Assembly (NCBI GenBank): GCA_000165425.1
Contig: CT868657.1
Location: 332,205-360,245, forward strand
Source of the DNA: Paramecium tetraurelia
Taxonomy: Eukaryota
Length of the DNA: 28,041 nt
Direction: 5' to 3'
The notes beneath the pieces are model-generated. The model had not been told where the DNA came from. It searched no databases and worked only from the letters and a program-made list of their open reading frames with translations. A program made the position numbers and the translations under genes. Of this stretch, positions 26,679 through 28,041 are shown piece after piece; position 1 is the first letter of the stretch; the number at the start of each line of letters is the position of its first letter.

Positions 26679-27582
26679 ATGGATGGATAAATGTTAGTTC
26701 TTATCAAGAACTTTGTGGATTTATGCAGATGAAGAATATTAAAATTCATTAATACACACATACTAGTTAGTCAGTTTAAATAACCATAGAATTGAATATA
26801 AATGCAAATTTCATCTAGTTACTTTTAAAATATATGCACTGATGATAATATATTTGCGTTTGATGGTTGTTTTTCAAATGTTTATGATTGTATTGAAGGT
26901 TGTAGCAATTGTATTAAAGGTGAATGCAAGGACTGCTAAGATGGTTGGGAATATAAAAGTAACTTAAGACTTTGTGTTCCAGTTTGTGGAGATTTTAAAA
27001 AACCATCTATGAATAATGAGATGACGGAAATTAAACTCCTTATGATGGATGTCATTTATGCATGTATTCTTGTACCTAAATTGTCTGTTATGTTAATTTG
27101 GAATTTGCCTTGAATGCAATCCTTCATAAACATTATCTGCTGATTAGACAATTTGCATACTTTTAGATTAAATTAGTATTTTAAGAAATAATTAGTAATA
27201 GTATGACTTAACTTTAAATCTACTTTAGATATTTTCAAAGATTTAAGATTATGTTAAGAATGTTGGGATCTATATAAAATTATTGTTATCATGTTTGTCA
27301 AGAATAAATTATATATTTAATAGAACCAGAGGAAGAAGAAAAAGAAGTAGTAGAAGAAGAAGAAAAAAAATGATGAAGAGATGGATGAAAAATTTAATAA
27401 TGAATGCATGCCTTATTGCTTACAATGTATTGATCTTCATTCATGTTTAAAATGAGATGCTAATCTTAAACTAGAAAATAAATAATGCTTACCAATTTGT
27501 AGTTATGGTGTTATCATTTAAGGATATGAGGATTGTGATGATGGGAATAATGTTCCTTATGATGGATGTTATTAATTTAAAA
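26679..27582 (+). pseudogene. Pseudogene of a Cys-rich surface protein with Myxococcus-type Cys-rich (DUF4215-like) repeats
   Basis: CIEGCSNCIKGECKDCQDGWEY...CVPVCGD, YEQ*DDGNQTPYDGC (TGA at 27017 where Cys is expected), CLK*D (TGA at 27453) and CLPICSYGVIIQGYEDCDDGNNVPYDGCYQFK, with frameshifts. It ends abruptly at the (TTA)7 tract. Confidence 0.85.
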
Positions 27583-27603
27583 TTATTATTATTATTATTA
27601 TTA
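27583..27603. repeat. (TTA)7 / (TAA)7 trinucleotide tract
   Basis: Seven perfect TTA units directly after the last Cys-rich repeat. Confidence 0.95.
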
Positions 27604-27955
27604 ATATTAGAACACGAATACTATCAAATCATCAATTTTAGAATTTAATTTATCTCGCCTCTTTTTTATTTATTATTTCTTCACATCCTTGCTTCTTAGA
27701 TGAATTAGTATTTCAGACCGTGATATTTTTGTGTGGTAATTCATAACATGTTGAAAGGATAAGTTACACTTGTGCTCGGTACAGATTTGGGGATATAGTT
27801 TGAATAGTGTTGTGAAATTATTGGGAAGACGATCAATATTGATTTATCTAAAAACTTAATTTTAATTTTCTATCAAATTCATATTATAAGTTGGAATTTA
27901 ATTTATTTGTCTTAATTACATCTTGTTAATAGTTTACTAGAAGGGTCGAAGACTC
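27583..27955 (-). mobile_element. Candidate 3' end of a non-LTR retroelement (5'-truncated) with (TAA)n tail
   Basis: A minus-strand TGA-free frame encodes QICTEHKCNLSFQHVMNYH and a basic tail, running into (TAA)7. The segment is unrelated to the pseudogene it interrupts. No RT core motif is visible. Confidence 0.4.
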
Positions 27956-28041
27956 GGGTTTCGGTTTGGGTTAGGGTTTCGGTTTTGGGTTTGGGTTTAG
28001 ATTTAAGGTTTAGGTTTTGGGTAAGGGTTAGGGTCAGGGTC
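27956..28041 (+). repeat. Degenerate telomere-like hexamer repeats at the sequence end
   Basis: GGGTTT, CGGTTT, GGGTTA, GGGTAA and GGGTCA units, with the G-rich strand running 5'->3' toward the end, which is telomere polarity. Confidence 0.75.

Noticed and set aside
27017..27019. TGA at Cys positions suggesting UGA=Cys or selenocysteine recoding
   Set aside because: The same region also has frameshifts and is truncated, and all intact genes here use TGA as stop, so pseudogene decay is the simpler explanation.

Overview
Gene-dense, AT-rich ciliate DNA, most consistent with a Paramecium macronuclear scaffold end. TAA/TAG read as Gln, TGA is the only stop, and genes are split by 20-31 nt GT-AG introns, so the supplied standard-code ORF track is mostly uninformative. 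Re-translating by hand gives 14 genes: copine (5'-truncated), a Myb plus two winged-helix protein, a trichocyst-matrix-like secreted protein, an aquaporin, a cyclic-nucleotide-binding K+ channel, dihydrolipoamide dehydrogenase, a C2HC zinc-finger protein, a CDPK, a ULK-like kinase, a hypothetical protein, a mitochondrial carrier, a Rab GTPase, eIF2-alpha and an HSF. After these come decayed DNA, an N gap, a Cys-rich surface-protein pseudogene and degenerate telomere-like repeats. The most striking observation is at the right end: the pseudogene is cut exactly by a (TTA)7 tract, followed by an antisense segment with a Cys/His knuckle-like motif and then telomere-like repeats. This resembles a non-LTR retroelement 3' end joined to a chromosome end. 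Also notable are an eIF2-alpha with a rewritten Ser51 loop, an aquaporin with NPGM instead of NPAR, and a Rab that needs a GT-GG intron to keep its prenylation motif. All family calls are by eye from motifs; no database search was run.
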